DNA of 46,634 bases from Treponema sp. UBA1240 (lineage in GTDB: Bacteria; Spirochaetota; Spirochaetia; Treponematales; Treponemataceae). A model generated the notes under the pieces. That model did no database searches. It saw only the letters and a program-made list of their open reading frames with translations, and had not been told where the DNA came from. Made by a program: the position numbers and the translations under genes. Of the stretch, positions 8,276 to 17,582 are shown piece after piece. Location: NCBI GenBank assembly GCA_002308875.1, contig DBWK01000063.1:42495-89128 (forward strand), given 5' to 3'. Within the stretch, counting starts at the first letter, position 1; each line of letters opens with the position of its first letter.

Positions 8276-9736
8276 ATGCAGACTTTTCTGACACACGAAA
8301 AGCAATCACAGAGAGAGTTTTCCTCTTATATAAAAAAGACCGAAAAAGCAATAAGAAAAGCTTTTAAGAAAAGTTTTGGCGCTGCGTATTCGGGGCTTAC
8401 GCCGCAGGAACTTGCTATTGCGATAAAAACTGACACAATTCTGCCGGAAAAGGGCATGGGGTTTGACAAAGTTCTTGCACTGGCAGAAAAAACTGTTTTG
8501 CCAAATCTGCTTTGTACGCCGTCTTCAAGCTACATGGCGCATCTTCACGGACCGAGCCTTTTGGAAACAATTGCGGCGGAGCTTGTAATCTCCACTTTTA
8601 ACCAATCAATGGACAGCTGGGATCAGTCGCCTGTTGCCACAGAAATTGAAGTGCAGGTCATACGCGCTTTGTGTTATTTGTATGGTTATAACAATACTTC
8701 CGACGGTGTTTTTACGAGTGGAGGCAGTCAGTCCAATCAGACTGCCATTATTCTTGCCCGTGACTGGTTTTGCAATGAGATTCTGCATTGGGATGTAAAA
8801 AAATACGGGCTTCCGGCACAGTTTACAAAGCTCAGGATGTATACAAGTGAAATTTCCCATTTTTCTATGGAAAAATCGGCGCATATCCTTGGTCTCGGTT
8901 ATGAATCGGTTGTAAAAGTTCCTGTTGATACCAAAAAGAAAATGGATATCGTCGCCTTAAAAAAACTTGTAGAACAGGATATTAATGCCGGCAACATTCC
9001 TTTTCTTGTTGTTGGAACGGTTGGAACTACAGATTTTGGCAGTATAGATGATTTGCATGAGCTTTATGAGATTGCACGGAATAATAATATGTGGCTTCAT
9101 GCGGATGCCGCGTACGGAAGCGGCGTTATAATGAGTCAAAAGTATAAAAAGCTTATTGATGGAATAGAGCTGTGTGATTCAATAACATTGGATTTTCACA
9201 AAATGTTCCTCATGCCTATCAGCTGCAGTGCTGTGCTTGTTAAGGACGGAAAAGATTTTAATGCTCTTACCGTTCATGCGGATTATCTGAACAGAACTGA
9301 AGACGAAGAAGACGGTTATACTAATCTTGTAGACAAATCAATCCAAACTACAAGGCGTTTTGATGCGCTTAAAGTTTGGACAGCGTTTCAGGTGCGCGGA
9401 AAAGATGGCTGGAGTGAGCTTATTGAAACAAGTATGGAAAATGCCAGATTTTTTTACAATAGGCTGAAAAACGACAGTAATTTTGAGGTTGTAACTGAAC
9501 CGGAAATTTCTTCCGTCGTATTTCGGTTTTGTGACGGAAACAAAAATACTGACGAGATTAATAAAAAAGTTCGACGCCGTTTGATTCACGAATACGGAAC
9601 AATAATCGGGCAGACTGTAAGCGATGGAAAGGTTTGTCTCAAGTTCACGCTGCTTAATCCGCTTATAACTCATGAAAAACTTGATGAACTGAAAGATCTT
9701 ATTACGGTACTTTCAAAAGAAGCGGCTGAAGAATGA
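8276..9736 (+). CDS. ddc: group-II PLP-dependent decarboxylase, L-2,4-diaminobutyrate decarboxylase-like
   Basis: 486 aa. ..GVFTSGGSQSNQTAIILAR.., ..WLHADAAYGSG.. and the PLP-Lys motif ..SITLDFHKMFL.. are present. It lies directly downstream of dat, with GAGGGAG upstream. Confidence 0.75.
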   Translation: MQTFLTHEKQSQREFSSYIKKTEKAIRKAFKKSFGAAYSGLTPQELAIAIKTDTILPEKGMGFDKVLALAEKTVLPNLLCTPSSSYMAHLHGPSLLETIAAELVISTFNQSMDSWDQSPVATEIEVQVIRALCYLYGYNNTSDGVFTSGGSQSNQTAIILARDWFCNEILHWDVKKYGLPAQFTKLRMYTSEISHFSMEKSAHILGLGYESVVKVPVDTKKKMDIVALKKLVEQDINAGNIPFLVVGTVGTTDFGSIDDLHELYEIARNNNMWLHADAAYGSGVIMSQKYKKLIDGIELCDSITLDFHKMFLMPISCSAVLVKDGKDFNALTVHADYLNRTEDEEDGYTNLVDKSIQTTRRFDALKVWTAFQVRGKDGWSELIETSMENARFFYNRLKNDSNFEVVTEPEISSVVFRFCDGNKNTDEINKKVRRRLIHEYGTIIGQTVSDGKVCLKFTLLNPLITHEKLDELKDLITVLSKEAAEE

Positions 9737-10221
9737 TAAAAACGGAAGAACCAGCAGGACAACGTCTTCTTAACCTTTTGCGCGGAAAACATCTCACGCT
9801 TTCCTCCGCCGAATCTTGTACCGGCGGAATGATTTCTTCGTTTATAACGTCGATTGCCGGTTCAAGCGATGTTTACAGCGGTGGAATCGTTTCGTACACA
9901 AATCTGGTAAAGAACCGGATACTTGGTGTTGCCGAGAGTACTCTGCAACAATACGGCGCGGTCAGCGAACAGTGCGCCGGTGAAATGGCTGCCGGTGCGG
10001 CAAAACAAATACAAACCGAGGTTGCGTTTTCTGTAACCGGAATAGCGGGACCGACTGGCGGCACAAAACTAAAGCCGGTTGGTACGGTCTGCTTTGGTTT
10101 TTACATAGAGGGCAAAATAGTTACAGAAACATGCCTTTTCGCCGGAGACCGCAGCAATGTGCGCCGGCAGTCTGCGCTGCATGTTATTGCCCGTCTGCTG
10201 GAACTTTTAAAGGATTGCTAG
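9733..10221 (+). CDS. pncC: CinA C-terminal domain / nicotinamide-nucleotide amidohydrolase PncC
   Basis: 162 aa. ..LSSAESCTGGMISSFITSIAGSSDVYSGGIVSYTN.. and ..TGIAGPTGG..KPVGTV.. are the PncC signature. Its ATG overlaps the ddc TGA (ATGA). Confidence 0.85.
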   Translation: MIKTEEPAGQRLLNLLRGKHLTLSSAESCTGGMISSFITSIAGSSDVYSGGIVSYTNLVKNRILGVAESTLQQYGAVSEQCAGEMAAGAAKQIQTEVAFSVTGIAGPTGGTKLKPVGTVCFGFYIEGKIVTETCLFAGDRSNVRRQSALHVIARLLELLKDC

Positions 10222-11792
10222 TTTTCAACTTTTTTGCGGATTCCTGTAAAAGTGTGGACGTTAAGCATATTTTCTTCCCAGCCTTCCCACTTGGTTGAAT
10301 TGAACAGGTTGTAATGAACCGTATAATATAGCGGAATCAGAGCACCTGCTTGTTCCACAGCAATTGTTTCAGCTTCCGTAAGAATTTCGTTCCTTTGGCT
10401 GCCTTCGGGAAGAAGTGCCGCTTTTCGCAACAGAGAATCGAATTCGTCGTCGGCGTATTTGCCGTCGTTGTTTCCGTCAGTTGAAACAAGCTGTTCCAAA
10501 AATGAAGCTGCATCGCGAGCTTCGCTTTTCCATCCTCCCCTTGCAAGGTCAAATCCGCCGCCCTGTCTTGCTGCCAAAAAAGTGTTCCAGTCAGGTTCTT
10601 CCTGAATCAGAACTGTTATGCCGAGATTCTTTTTCCATTCGTTTACAACAAATTCCGCAACTTTTTTGTTGGCGCTGTTTGTTGTGTTTATATAAACTGA
10701 AATGCTCGGAAAATTTTTCCCATTTGCGTATCCGGCTTCTTTAAGCAGTGCCTGGGCTTTTGTAACGTCATACAATGTGTCTGTTTTTGATGACGAAGTC
10801 ACCGGAACAACTGACTTTGCCGGAACGGCACTTAAGTCGAAAACCGTTTTTGCAAGATCTTCTCTGTTTATTGCATATATAAGAGCTTTTCTTACTTTTT
10901 CATCGTTCAGCAGCGGATGACTTGTGTTTATATAATAATACTGCGAACACGGGTCAATTTCCTTTGTAAAATCAGAATTTGTGTCAAATATTCCTATGGT
11001 TTCTCCGGGTATGTCCGCTATCCAGTCGATTTTGCCTGAACGGTAATCTTCGTAAAGGTTTTGATTTGTTTCAGCTTTTACGAATATTAGTTTTGAGATG
11101 AAAATGTTGTCTTTGTTCCAGTAGTCGGGATTTTTCTCAAGCGTCAGCTTTCCGTCCGGAGAGAGAGACTTTACTTTAAAAGGACCGTTTGTAACAATGT
11201 TTTCCGGTTTACACCAGTCATCACCAAGTTCAAGAATACGATGTACAGGCAGCACTGCAAAGGCGAAATGTGCCATTCTATCTACCGCATTCGGGTCAGG
11301 ACGGTTGAATGTGATTTTAAGTGTGCTTTCGTTGACTGCTTTTATACCAAGCTCTTCAAAAAAAGTTCTGGACTGGTGAAGAGGCAGCGCACCCTTGATA
11401 AGCTCTGTAAGCATATATGTGTAAGGTGTCTCGTTTTCCGGTTTTAAAAGGTATTTCCATGAATTTACGACGGACTGTGCCGTTATTCGTGTGCCGTCGC
11501 TCCACTGGGTGTTTCTTATGTGGAATGTTACGCTTCTGAAGTCTTTTGAGTATTCCCAGCTTTCCGCAAGTCCGGGTAAAATTTTGTCTGCTTTTGCATC
11601 GTAGTTTACAAGGCCTTCAAAAAGAGCAGGATAAATACGTCTGTCAGCTTCGTTCTGTATGTTTACGGGATTTATATGAGGTTCTGTGTTCCCATTTGCA
11701 ATAACAAGTTTGCTTTTTGATAAAAACGAGTCACAAGATGTAAAAATGCAAATGCCGCAAAGGAAAAAAGACAAAAGATGCTTATTCTTCAT
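10218..11792 (-). CDS. ABC transporter substrate-binding lipoprotein, family 5 (peptide/nickel, OppA-like)
   Basis: The ORF track gives a GTG at 11825. I prefer ATG 11792, which yields MKNKHLLSFFLCGICIFTSC (lipobox FTSC). The body has family-5 features (..LVNYDAKADKILPGLAESWEYS.., ..EKNPDYWNKD..). Confidence 0.75.
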   Translation of the reverse strand: MKNKHLLSFFLCGICIFTSCDSFLSKSKLVIANGNTEPHINPVNIQNEADRRIYPALFEGLVNYDAKADKILPGLAESWEYSKDFRSVTFHIRNTQWSDGTRITAQSVVNSWKYLLKPENETPYTYMLTELIKGALPLHQSRTFFEELGIKAVNESTLKITFNRPDPNAVDRMAHFAFAVLPVHRILELGDDWCKPENIVTNGPFKVKSLSPDGKLTLEKNPDYWNKDNIFISKLIFVKAETNQNLYEDYRSGKIDWIADIPGETIGIFDTNSDFTKEIDPCSQYYYINTSHPLLNDEKVRKALIYAINREDLAKTVFDLSAVPAKSVVPVTSSSKTDTLYDVTKAQALLKEAGYANGKNFPSISVYINTTNSANKKVAEFVVNEWKKNLGITVLIQEEPDWNTFLAARQGGGFDLARGGWKSEARDAASFLEQLVSTDGNNDGKYADDEFDSLLRKAALLPEGSQRNEILTEAETIAVEQAGALIPLYYTVHYNLFNSTKWEGWEENMLNVHTFTGIRKKVEN

Positions 11793-11798
11793 AACTAA

Positions 11799-11827
11799 AA
11801 TATAGCAAATTTGTGTTTGATTCACAA
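11799..11827 (-). promoter_or_regulatory. candidate promoter placing the transcription start on the ATG of the OppA-like gene (leaderless)
   Basis: The reverse strand reads TTGTGA (11827-11822), N17, TGc-TATATT (-10 at 11804-11799), then exactly 6 nt and the ATG (11792). There is no Shine-Dalgarno sequence. Confidence 0.4.
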
Positions 11828-11931
11828 GCGGATAGTTTTTTGGTTGAAATGTTAAAAATGTCCAAAAAATAAATTTTCTGCAAAAAACTCTTTTCGATTT
11901 TTAAATTATGGTGTATACTTAAAATAATTTT

Positions 11932-14091
11932 ATGACAACTATTCCGCGTTCAAGAATAAAATCTGTCTTTCCCCTTAAAAAGCTTTTTTTTGCCTGCATT
12001 TTTTTATTGGCTGTATGCGGACTTTTTGCGGAAAATGCTAATTCTGTGCGATATGTTTTTAATGATGGATGGTTTTGGGCTGTTGATTATGAGGGTGAAA
12101 GAGTCTACAAACCACTTGATACGACTTCTCTTAAAAAAATGGAGTCGTTTCTTGAGGATGGTACGGGTTTTGTCTGGTTGAAATATGAGTTTGAAGTTCC
12201 TAAGACCCTTAACGGCCGCAATCTTTCAATTTTTATAGGAAACATAAGTGTTGCGGCAGAATTTTATTTGAACGGTTCTTTAATATCCACAGCGGGGCAT
12301 CTTCCCCCGCATGAATTTTTTGCAGGACCGTCGGCGTTTGCCTGTAATTTTCCGCCGTTTATGCTCAATACGCAGGGCTCAAATACTTTGCTTATAAAAT
12401 TGTTTGTGGATGGAACCGGCGGCTTGAAAAACATTCCGTATCTTGGTACTTACAATAATGTACAGGCTCAGTTGGAACGGGTAACTTTTTTTTCCAAAAT
12501 GCTTAATCTTATGATAGCCGCTACTGAAATCATTATGGCACTGTTTTACTTTTTGGTTTTTGTACGCAATACAAAAGACAAAGAGTATTTGATGTGGGCT
12601 TTGACTGTTTTCGGAACAGTTTGTTATCTTGTTCCTTATTTTATTGATTCAAATCTGCTGCTTTGGAACAGTATGTCATACCTTACGTTTCAAAAGTTTT
12701 TTTCAAGTATAGCGGCTTTTGTTACGGGATTTTTTGCAACTTCCTTTATGATTTATTTCCTCAAAGACAAGTTCCCGGGTAACATTCTTGCCGTGCGCGT
12801 AACACTGCTTGCTGTTCCCGTTGTTATAACGGTATTTATACCGACAAATGTTGTTTTTGTCAGATTCCTGCCGATTTTGTTTTTATTTCTTGCAGCTCAA
12901 ATTGGTTTTGCTGTTTTTTCCATCATAAGAAGTTTTTTGCACGGAAAAACAAAGGAAGTTCTTATTCTTGTAAGCGGATTTTCTCCCGTTTTGCTTGGAC
13001 TTATTATTGATTTTGTCTTTCAGGTTTTGCTTGAAAATGTTTCTATGCCTTTGTTCACGGTGTTTGGTTGGGAACTTGTAGTTATCTTTTTCATGGTTAT
13101 TCTTACCTATCGTTTTTCAAACTACAGAAAAACAGCCGAGTTTCTTAATGCCAAGCTTGAATGGGAAGTTGGTGAGCGTATTAAGGAATTGAAAGAGACT
13201 AATGAAAAACTTCAGCTGGAACAGGATGAATCAAAACGCGAAATGGATTTGGCTGTGCATGTTCAGCGTTCTTTTTATCCGCAGGTGGTATCGGCGCTGA
13301 ACGGCTGGGATATGGCGGTTCATTTCAGACCTTTTGCCGGTGTTTCCGGTGATTTGTATGATTTTTATATAACAGGAAAAGAATTGGAAGGACTCAGCTT
13401 GTTTGATGTTTCCGGTCACGGTATTGCTGCCGGACTTATAACAATGCTTTCCAAAAATATCATATTCAGAGTTTTTAACGATAACCGCAAAGAAGCACTT
13501 CCTGCTGTTATGGAAAAACTGAACAAAAATATTATCAAAGCCAAAGGCAGCATTGAAAATTATTTGGTTGGTCTTATTCTGCGTACAAATTCTGATGGTT
13601 CGCTGGAATTGGTAAATGCGGGAGGGCCTCCTCCTCTACTTCATTCATGCAGAACAGATACTGTTTCTCCTGTTTTAACGGACAAAAAGCAGTTTGGAAT
13701 GGTTGGTGTAGCGGATTTGCCTGTTTCATTTCAGAATGTTCCTTTTTCGATGGCTGGTGGAGATACTGTCATATTTTTTACGGACGGACTTACGGAAGCA
13801 ACGAATCCTGCCGGTGAAGAATTCGGTATGGAACGGCTTTCAGAAAGTTTGCGCAACAAGGATAGAAAAACAGCTGACCAAAAACTTGCCGGAATCCTTA
13901 AAGATTTGGCAACGTTTATAGGCAGCGAGCCGTTAAGGGATGATATTACGCTCATTGTTTTGAGAAAACAGACTGATTCCGATATAGAAGAACTTGAAGC
14001 ATACGGTGAGTTGGAAGAACTTGAAGAGGTAAGCGAAATTGATGAACTTTTCGATGATGCTGATTCTCTTGGCCTTGAAATGATAAGATAA
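11932..14091 (+). CDS. 7TMR-DISM receptor fused to a PP2C/SpoIIE-type phosphatase
   Basis: 719 aa. It has a signal/TM segment, then a DISMED2-like sugar-binding-type domain (..GFVWLKYEFEVPKTLNGRNLSIFIGNISVAAEFYLNG..) and seven hydrophobic helices. A coiled coil follows, then SpoIIE motifs (GVSGDLYDF, LFDVSGHGIAAGL, FFTDGLTEA, RDDITLIVL) and an acidic tail. Confidence 0.8.
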   Translation: MTTIPRSRIKSVFPLKKLFFACIFLLAVCGLFAENANSVRYVFNDGWFWAVDYEGERVYKPLDTTSLKKMESFLEDGTGFVWLKYEFEVPKTLNGRNLSIFIGNISVAAEFYLNGSLISTAGHLPPHEFFAGPSAFACNFPPFMLNTQGSNTLLIKLFVDGTGGLKNIPYLGTYNNVQAQLERVTFFSKMLNLMIAATEIIMALFYFLVFVRNTKDKEYLMWALTVFGTVCYLVPYFIDSNLLLWNSMSYLTFQKFFSSIAAFVTGFFATSFMIYFLKDKFPGNILAVRVTLLAVPVVITVFIPTNVVFVRFLPILFLFLAAQIGFAVFSIIRSFLHGKTKEVLILVSGFSPVLLGLIIDFVFQVLLENVSMPLFTVFGWELVVIFFMVILTYRFSNYRKTAEFLNAKLEWEVGERIKELKETNEKLQLEQDESKREMDLAVHVQRSFYPQVVSALNGWDMAVHFRPFAGVSGDLYDFYITGKELEGLSLFDVSGHGIAAGLITMLSKNIIFRVFNDNRKEALPAVMEKLNKNIIKAKGSIENYLVGLILRTNSDGSLELVNAGGPPPLLHSCRTDTVSPVLTDKKQFGMVGVADLPVSFQNVPFSMAGGDTVIFFTDGLTEATNPAGEEFGMERLSESLRNKDRKTADQKLAGILKDLATFIGSEPLRDDITLIVLRKQTDSDIEELEAYGELEELEEVSEIDELFDDADSLGLEMIR

Positions 14092-14107
14092 AATCAGGTA
14101 ATTCAAT

Positions 14108-14866
14108 ATGAAAGCGGGAAAAAAACAGTGGTTTGAAAAAGAAAAATTCTGGCTGGAGTTTGCTCCTATTATGTTTGACGCAAACCACTGGGCAGAAGCG
14201 ACAGATGTTGCTGAAGCTGTGTACCGAATATGCGGATTAAAAAACGGAGATTCCGTTCTTGATGCTGGCTGCGGTGTCGGCAGAATAAGCGTTGAATTGG
14301 CATTGCTCGGGCTGAATGTTACCGGTGTGGATTTGATTCAGCCTCTGCTTGACACTGCAAAGGAATCCGCCATGGCTGAAGGTGTCAGCATAAACCTTGT
14401 GAATGCGGATTTGCGTTCCTTTTCATCAATGGAAAAATTTGATGCCGCCGTCAGCTTGTATACTTCTTTCGGTTATTGTGATACGGAAGATGAGGATTCG
14501 CTTATTCTTTCTAATATTGCTTCTTCACTGAAACCCGGCGGAAAATTTATAATGGAATGTTTAAGCAGGGAAATTGAAGCGCGCGATTTTATTGAAGGTG
14601 AATGGTTTGAGCGTGCCGGAAAGACGGTTCTTACGGATTTTTCGGTTGTAAATGACTGGAAGGGCTTACGTTCACGGTGGATACTGATTGACAACAAAAC
14701 CGGCGAACGTTATGAGCATGAATTTGTTCAGCGGCTTTATTCCGCTCCTGAACTTAAAACTCAGATGCTGAAATGCGGATTTAAAACCGCCGAACTATAC
14801 GGCGATTTTGATTTTTCGCCTTATGATTACAAAGCAAGAACTATGATAATTGTAGCGGAAGTTTGA
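14108..14866 (+). CDS. class I SAM-dependent methyltransferase
   Basis: 252 aa with motif I VLDAGCGVGRIS and post-I LNVTGVDL. It lies 16 nt after the receptor gene. Confidence 0.8.
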   Translation: MKAGKKQWFEKEKFWLEFAPIMFDANHWAEATDVAEAVYRICGLKNGDSVLDAGCGVGRISVELALLGLNVTGVDLIQPLLDTAKESAMAEGVSINLVNADLRSFSSMEKFDAAVSLYTSFGYCDTEDEDSLILSNIASSLKPGGKFIMECLSREIEARDFIEGEWFERAGKTVLTDFSVVNDWKGLRSRWILIDNKTGERYEHEFVQRLYSAPELKTQMLKCGFKTAELYGDFDFSPYDYKARTMIIVAEV

Positions 14867-14884
14867 GTTAATCTGCTGATTGTT

Positions 14885-15286
14885 TTAAACTTCGGGTTTT
14901 AAACCTTCGACCATGAATTCCGGCGGAATTCTTGACGGTCTGCCCTCATGCGTTACACTTGCCCAGGTTACGGTTGCTTCCGTACAGATGGTTCCGTCTT
15001 CTTTTTTTATAACCTGCTTTATTGTGCCTGAAACAGATTTCATTTGTACCGGTTCTGATTCGATAAAAAGTTTATCGCCGGAAAACGCGGAAACTTTGTA
15101 GTGAATGTCTACATGTGTCACGTAAAGATAAAAGCCTGCCGCAACAATGCCTTTGTAATCAAATCCTATTGCATTGAGATAATCCATTCTTGCGTATTCG
15201 AGATAGTTCAGATACACGGCATTGTTTACGTGATTGTATGAATCACATTCATACGGTCGGACTACTAATTCGGTTATGTGTTTCAT
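14885..15286 (-). CDS. acyl-CoA thioesterase, 4HBT/YbgC family
   Basis: The ORF track extends to 15379 and overlaps the U32 gene. I prefer ATG 15286 (MKHITELVVRPYECDSYNHVNNAVYLNYLE..), which carries the hot-dog thioesterase catalytic motif. Confidence 0.8.
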   Translation of the reverse strand: MKHITELVVRPYECDSYNHVNNAVYLNYLEYARMDYLNAIGFDYKGIVAAGFYLYVTHVDIHYKVSAFSGDKLFIESEPVQMKSVSGTIKQVIKKEDGTICTEATVTWASVTHEGRPSRIPPEFMVEGLKPEV

Positions 15287-15347
15287 AATTACAGTATATG
15301 ACAAAAAAACATAATATGTAAACAGGTAAAGAAAGCAGAATCCTCTG

Positions 15348-17489
15348 TCATTTTTTCCGTTTTTTGCCCTGTGCCACATACTGCTTCTTTTGATTTTCTG
15401 TCTGAATTTTGTGCTTTTCTACTTTATCCGGTGAGTAAAAGCCCTCTTTCCAGTTAAAGCGGCTGGTTTCAGGAAGTACTCTTCCGTTGTAATACGCCGA
15501 CATTATTTGCTTTAATTCGTTGCGCTTTACGTCTGTCTTGGACAGGTCTATCAAGAAGTGCGAAAACCCCATCGATTTTAAGGTTTTTTGCTTGTCAACG
15601 ATTGAAAATGGATTGTCAGGAAGAACAAAAGAACCGTCCGGTGTTGAAAGAGCCTTAAAAACACTTTCCTGCCGGTCTGAAAAATACATAAAGTCGTAGC
15701 TTTCTGGCAGTTGGAATCTCATACGGAACAGGGCAGGGTATGCAAAAACCGTTACAAGTACGCGTTTGCGCTGTTCAACGGGGAAAGTTTCAAGCAAGTT
15801 GTCCTTGGAATTTTCCAACGGAGTTATAAGAGGTGTAATATTCTGATTCTCCAGCCATGAAACCGCCCACCTGTTGAAAGTGTACAGGTACGGACCTGCT
15901 GTCAGAACAGCTTTTTTGCCTTTGAATATGGCTATGTGTCCGGGATTGTTTACAATCCAGTTTGTAAAGCCTTCCGCCAAAAGATAATCAACAGTGTCAT
16001 TCAGTGCTTGTTCCTCCCCCTGCGGTAAATATGGATCAAGTGAAATCATTGTCTGCTTTTTTGAAAGCGGTGTTTTTTCCTTATTCTCAACAAGGGCTTT
16101 TTTTGTCTGTGAATTCAATTCCAGGATTATGCGTACAGGACTTTCAGATTGCACTGTCAGCGCATCTTTTATTGTAGAAACCTGAATGTATAATCCCTCC
16201 GGGAAAGTTTTTGTAAAATTTGCATCAAGCGGGGACAAATCTAAAATAGGTAGCAATTGGTCACCCGGCTGTGTTCTAAATTTTCCCATATCTTTGGGTA
16301 TTACGTGCGGATATCGCTTGGACATGCTTTTTGTCTGCATAAGGTAAACGGAATCGCCAATACCGAAATTTTCGGGAATATCAATCCAGTAGGAATTGTT
16401 TTCTGTAAATGTGTTTTTAATTTTCCAGCTTTCGCGGCCGGAATCATCCTTTTTGTGCAGTCTTATGGAATCTCCAGGTTCAGCATCATAGGTTCCGCCT
16501 GTAAGAATTGCATACAATCCCGCCTGATTTCCGTGAACTGTTTTGGTTTTTACGATTTTGCCCAGATAAATGCCTGTACCGCTTGCCTGATCTGGATTGA
16601 GAATGTTTTCAGCTTTGTCGGAAGTATACCAGTATGCTGTTTTTGATCTTGCAAAATCAGTTGAAAGCATTCGCTTTGCTGTGGCGATTGCGCCTTTTTT
16701 GTCTTCTTCCCAGTGGTCAATCAGATATCGGTATGCAGAAACAACGCTGCCTACGTATTCGGCGCTTTTCATCCTACCTTCAATCTTGAACGAGGCAACT
16801 CCAGCTTTTATCAGGTCGGGAATTTGATCAACAAGCTGCAAATCATAGGGCGAAAAATAAAAACCCTGTTTTATTCCACTGTCACAGTCAGCCTCGTATA
16901 AACGGCGGCATGCCTGTGTACACATACCGCGATTTGCCGATTTTCCGCCAAGATAGCTTGAAAAAAGGCATAATCCCGATTCGCTTACACAAAGCGCGCC
17001 GTGTACAAAAACTTCCAGCTCAACGTTTGTTTCCTGTTTTATTTGCTTTATTTCTTCAAGGTTAAGTTCGCGCGCAAGCACAACCCGCTTTATTCCGCTT
17101 TTGCTCATTGTGTTGGCGGCTTTTGCGCAGGCAATATTCATCTGCGTTGAAGCGTGTATACGTAGATTGGGAAAAAACTGCTGGACAAGCCGCACTACGC
17201 CATAGTCCTGAACGATTATTCCGTCCGGTCCGATTTTATTCAAGTAACCGAGAAAACGGTACATACGTTCTGTTTCACTTTCTTCTACAACAGTATTTAC
17301 GGTGACAAAGACTTTTTTTCCAAGTTTATGAAGCGACTCTACAGCAGCTTCAAACTGGTTCCATGCAAAATTCGTTGTTCTGAGACGTGCATTAAAAGAT
17401 TTTAGTCCCAGATATACGGCATCTGCTCCCTCGTTTATCGCTGCGTCAAGCGCTTCCGGATTTCCTGCCGGTGCTAATAATTCTGGCAT
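15348..17489 (-). CDS. U32 family protein (long form; 'collagenase-like peptidase' / Fe-S hydroxylase family)
   Basis: 713 aa. MPELLAPAGNPEALDAAINEGADAVYLG.. is the canonical U32 N-terminus. Cys167/174/190/194 form CX6CX15CX3C (16908-16991). AAGGAA upstream. Confidence 0.85.
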   Translation of the reverse strand: MPELLAPAGNPEALDAAINEGADAVYLGLKSFNARLRTTNFAWNQFEAAVESLHKLGKKVFVTVNTVVEESETERMYRFLGYLNKIGPDGIIVQDYGVVRLVQQFFPNLRIHASTQMNIACAKAANTMSKSGIKRVVLARELNLEEIKQIKQETNVELEVFVHGALCVSESGLCLFSSYLGGKSANRGMCTQACRRLYEADCDSGIKQGFYFSPYDLQLVDQIPDLIKAGVASFKIEGRMKSAEYVGSVVSAYRYLIDHWEEDKKGAIATAKRMLSTDFARSKTAYWYTSDKAENILNPDQASGTGIYLGKIVKTKTVHGNQAGLYAILTGGTYDAEPGDSIRLHKKDDSGRESWKIKNTFTENNSYWIDIPENFGIGDSVYLMQTKSMSKRYPHVIPKDMGKFRTQPGDQLLPILDLSPLDANFTKTFPEGLYIQVSTIKDALTVQSESPVRIILELNSQTKKALVENKEKTPLSKKQTMISLDPYLPQGEEQALNDTVDYLLAEGFTNWIVNNPGHIAIFKGKKAVLTAGPYLYTFNRWAVSWLENQNITPLITPLENSKDNLLETFPVEQRKRVLVTVFAYPALFRMRFQLPESYDFMYFSDRQESVFKALSTPDGSFVLPDNPFSIVDKQKTLKSMGFSHFLIDLSKTDVKRNELKQIMSAYYNGRVLPETSRFNWKEGFYSPDKVEKHKIQTENQKKQYVAQGKKRKK

Positions 17490-17582
17490 TTTTTGTTCCT
17501 TGAAAAAAATTGTAGTCTATTGCCATAATATAGCAAAATATGTTTTTTTTCCAGTTTTTATTCACGGACTATGGCGTCAGGT

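Noticed and set aside
13981-14060. Short direct repeat GAAGAACTTGAAG (twice) near the 3' end of the receptor gene.
   Set aside because: It simply encodes the repeated EELE of the acidic tail and is not a structural DNA repeat of note.
15287-15379. N-terminal ORF-track extensions, here and at 4366-4392, 11793-11825, 22498-22524, 30775-30852, 35710-35766 and 38814-38846.
   Set aside because: The extensions overlap neighbouring genes or lack an SD. In each case an internal ATG begins the conserved family N-terminus or signal peptide and has a better SD or promoter context.
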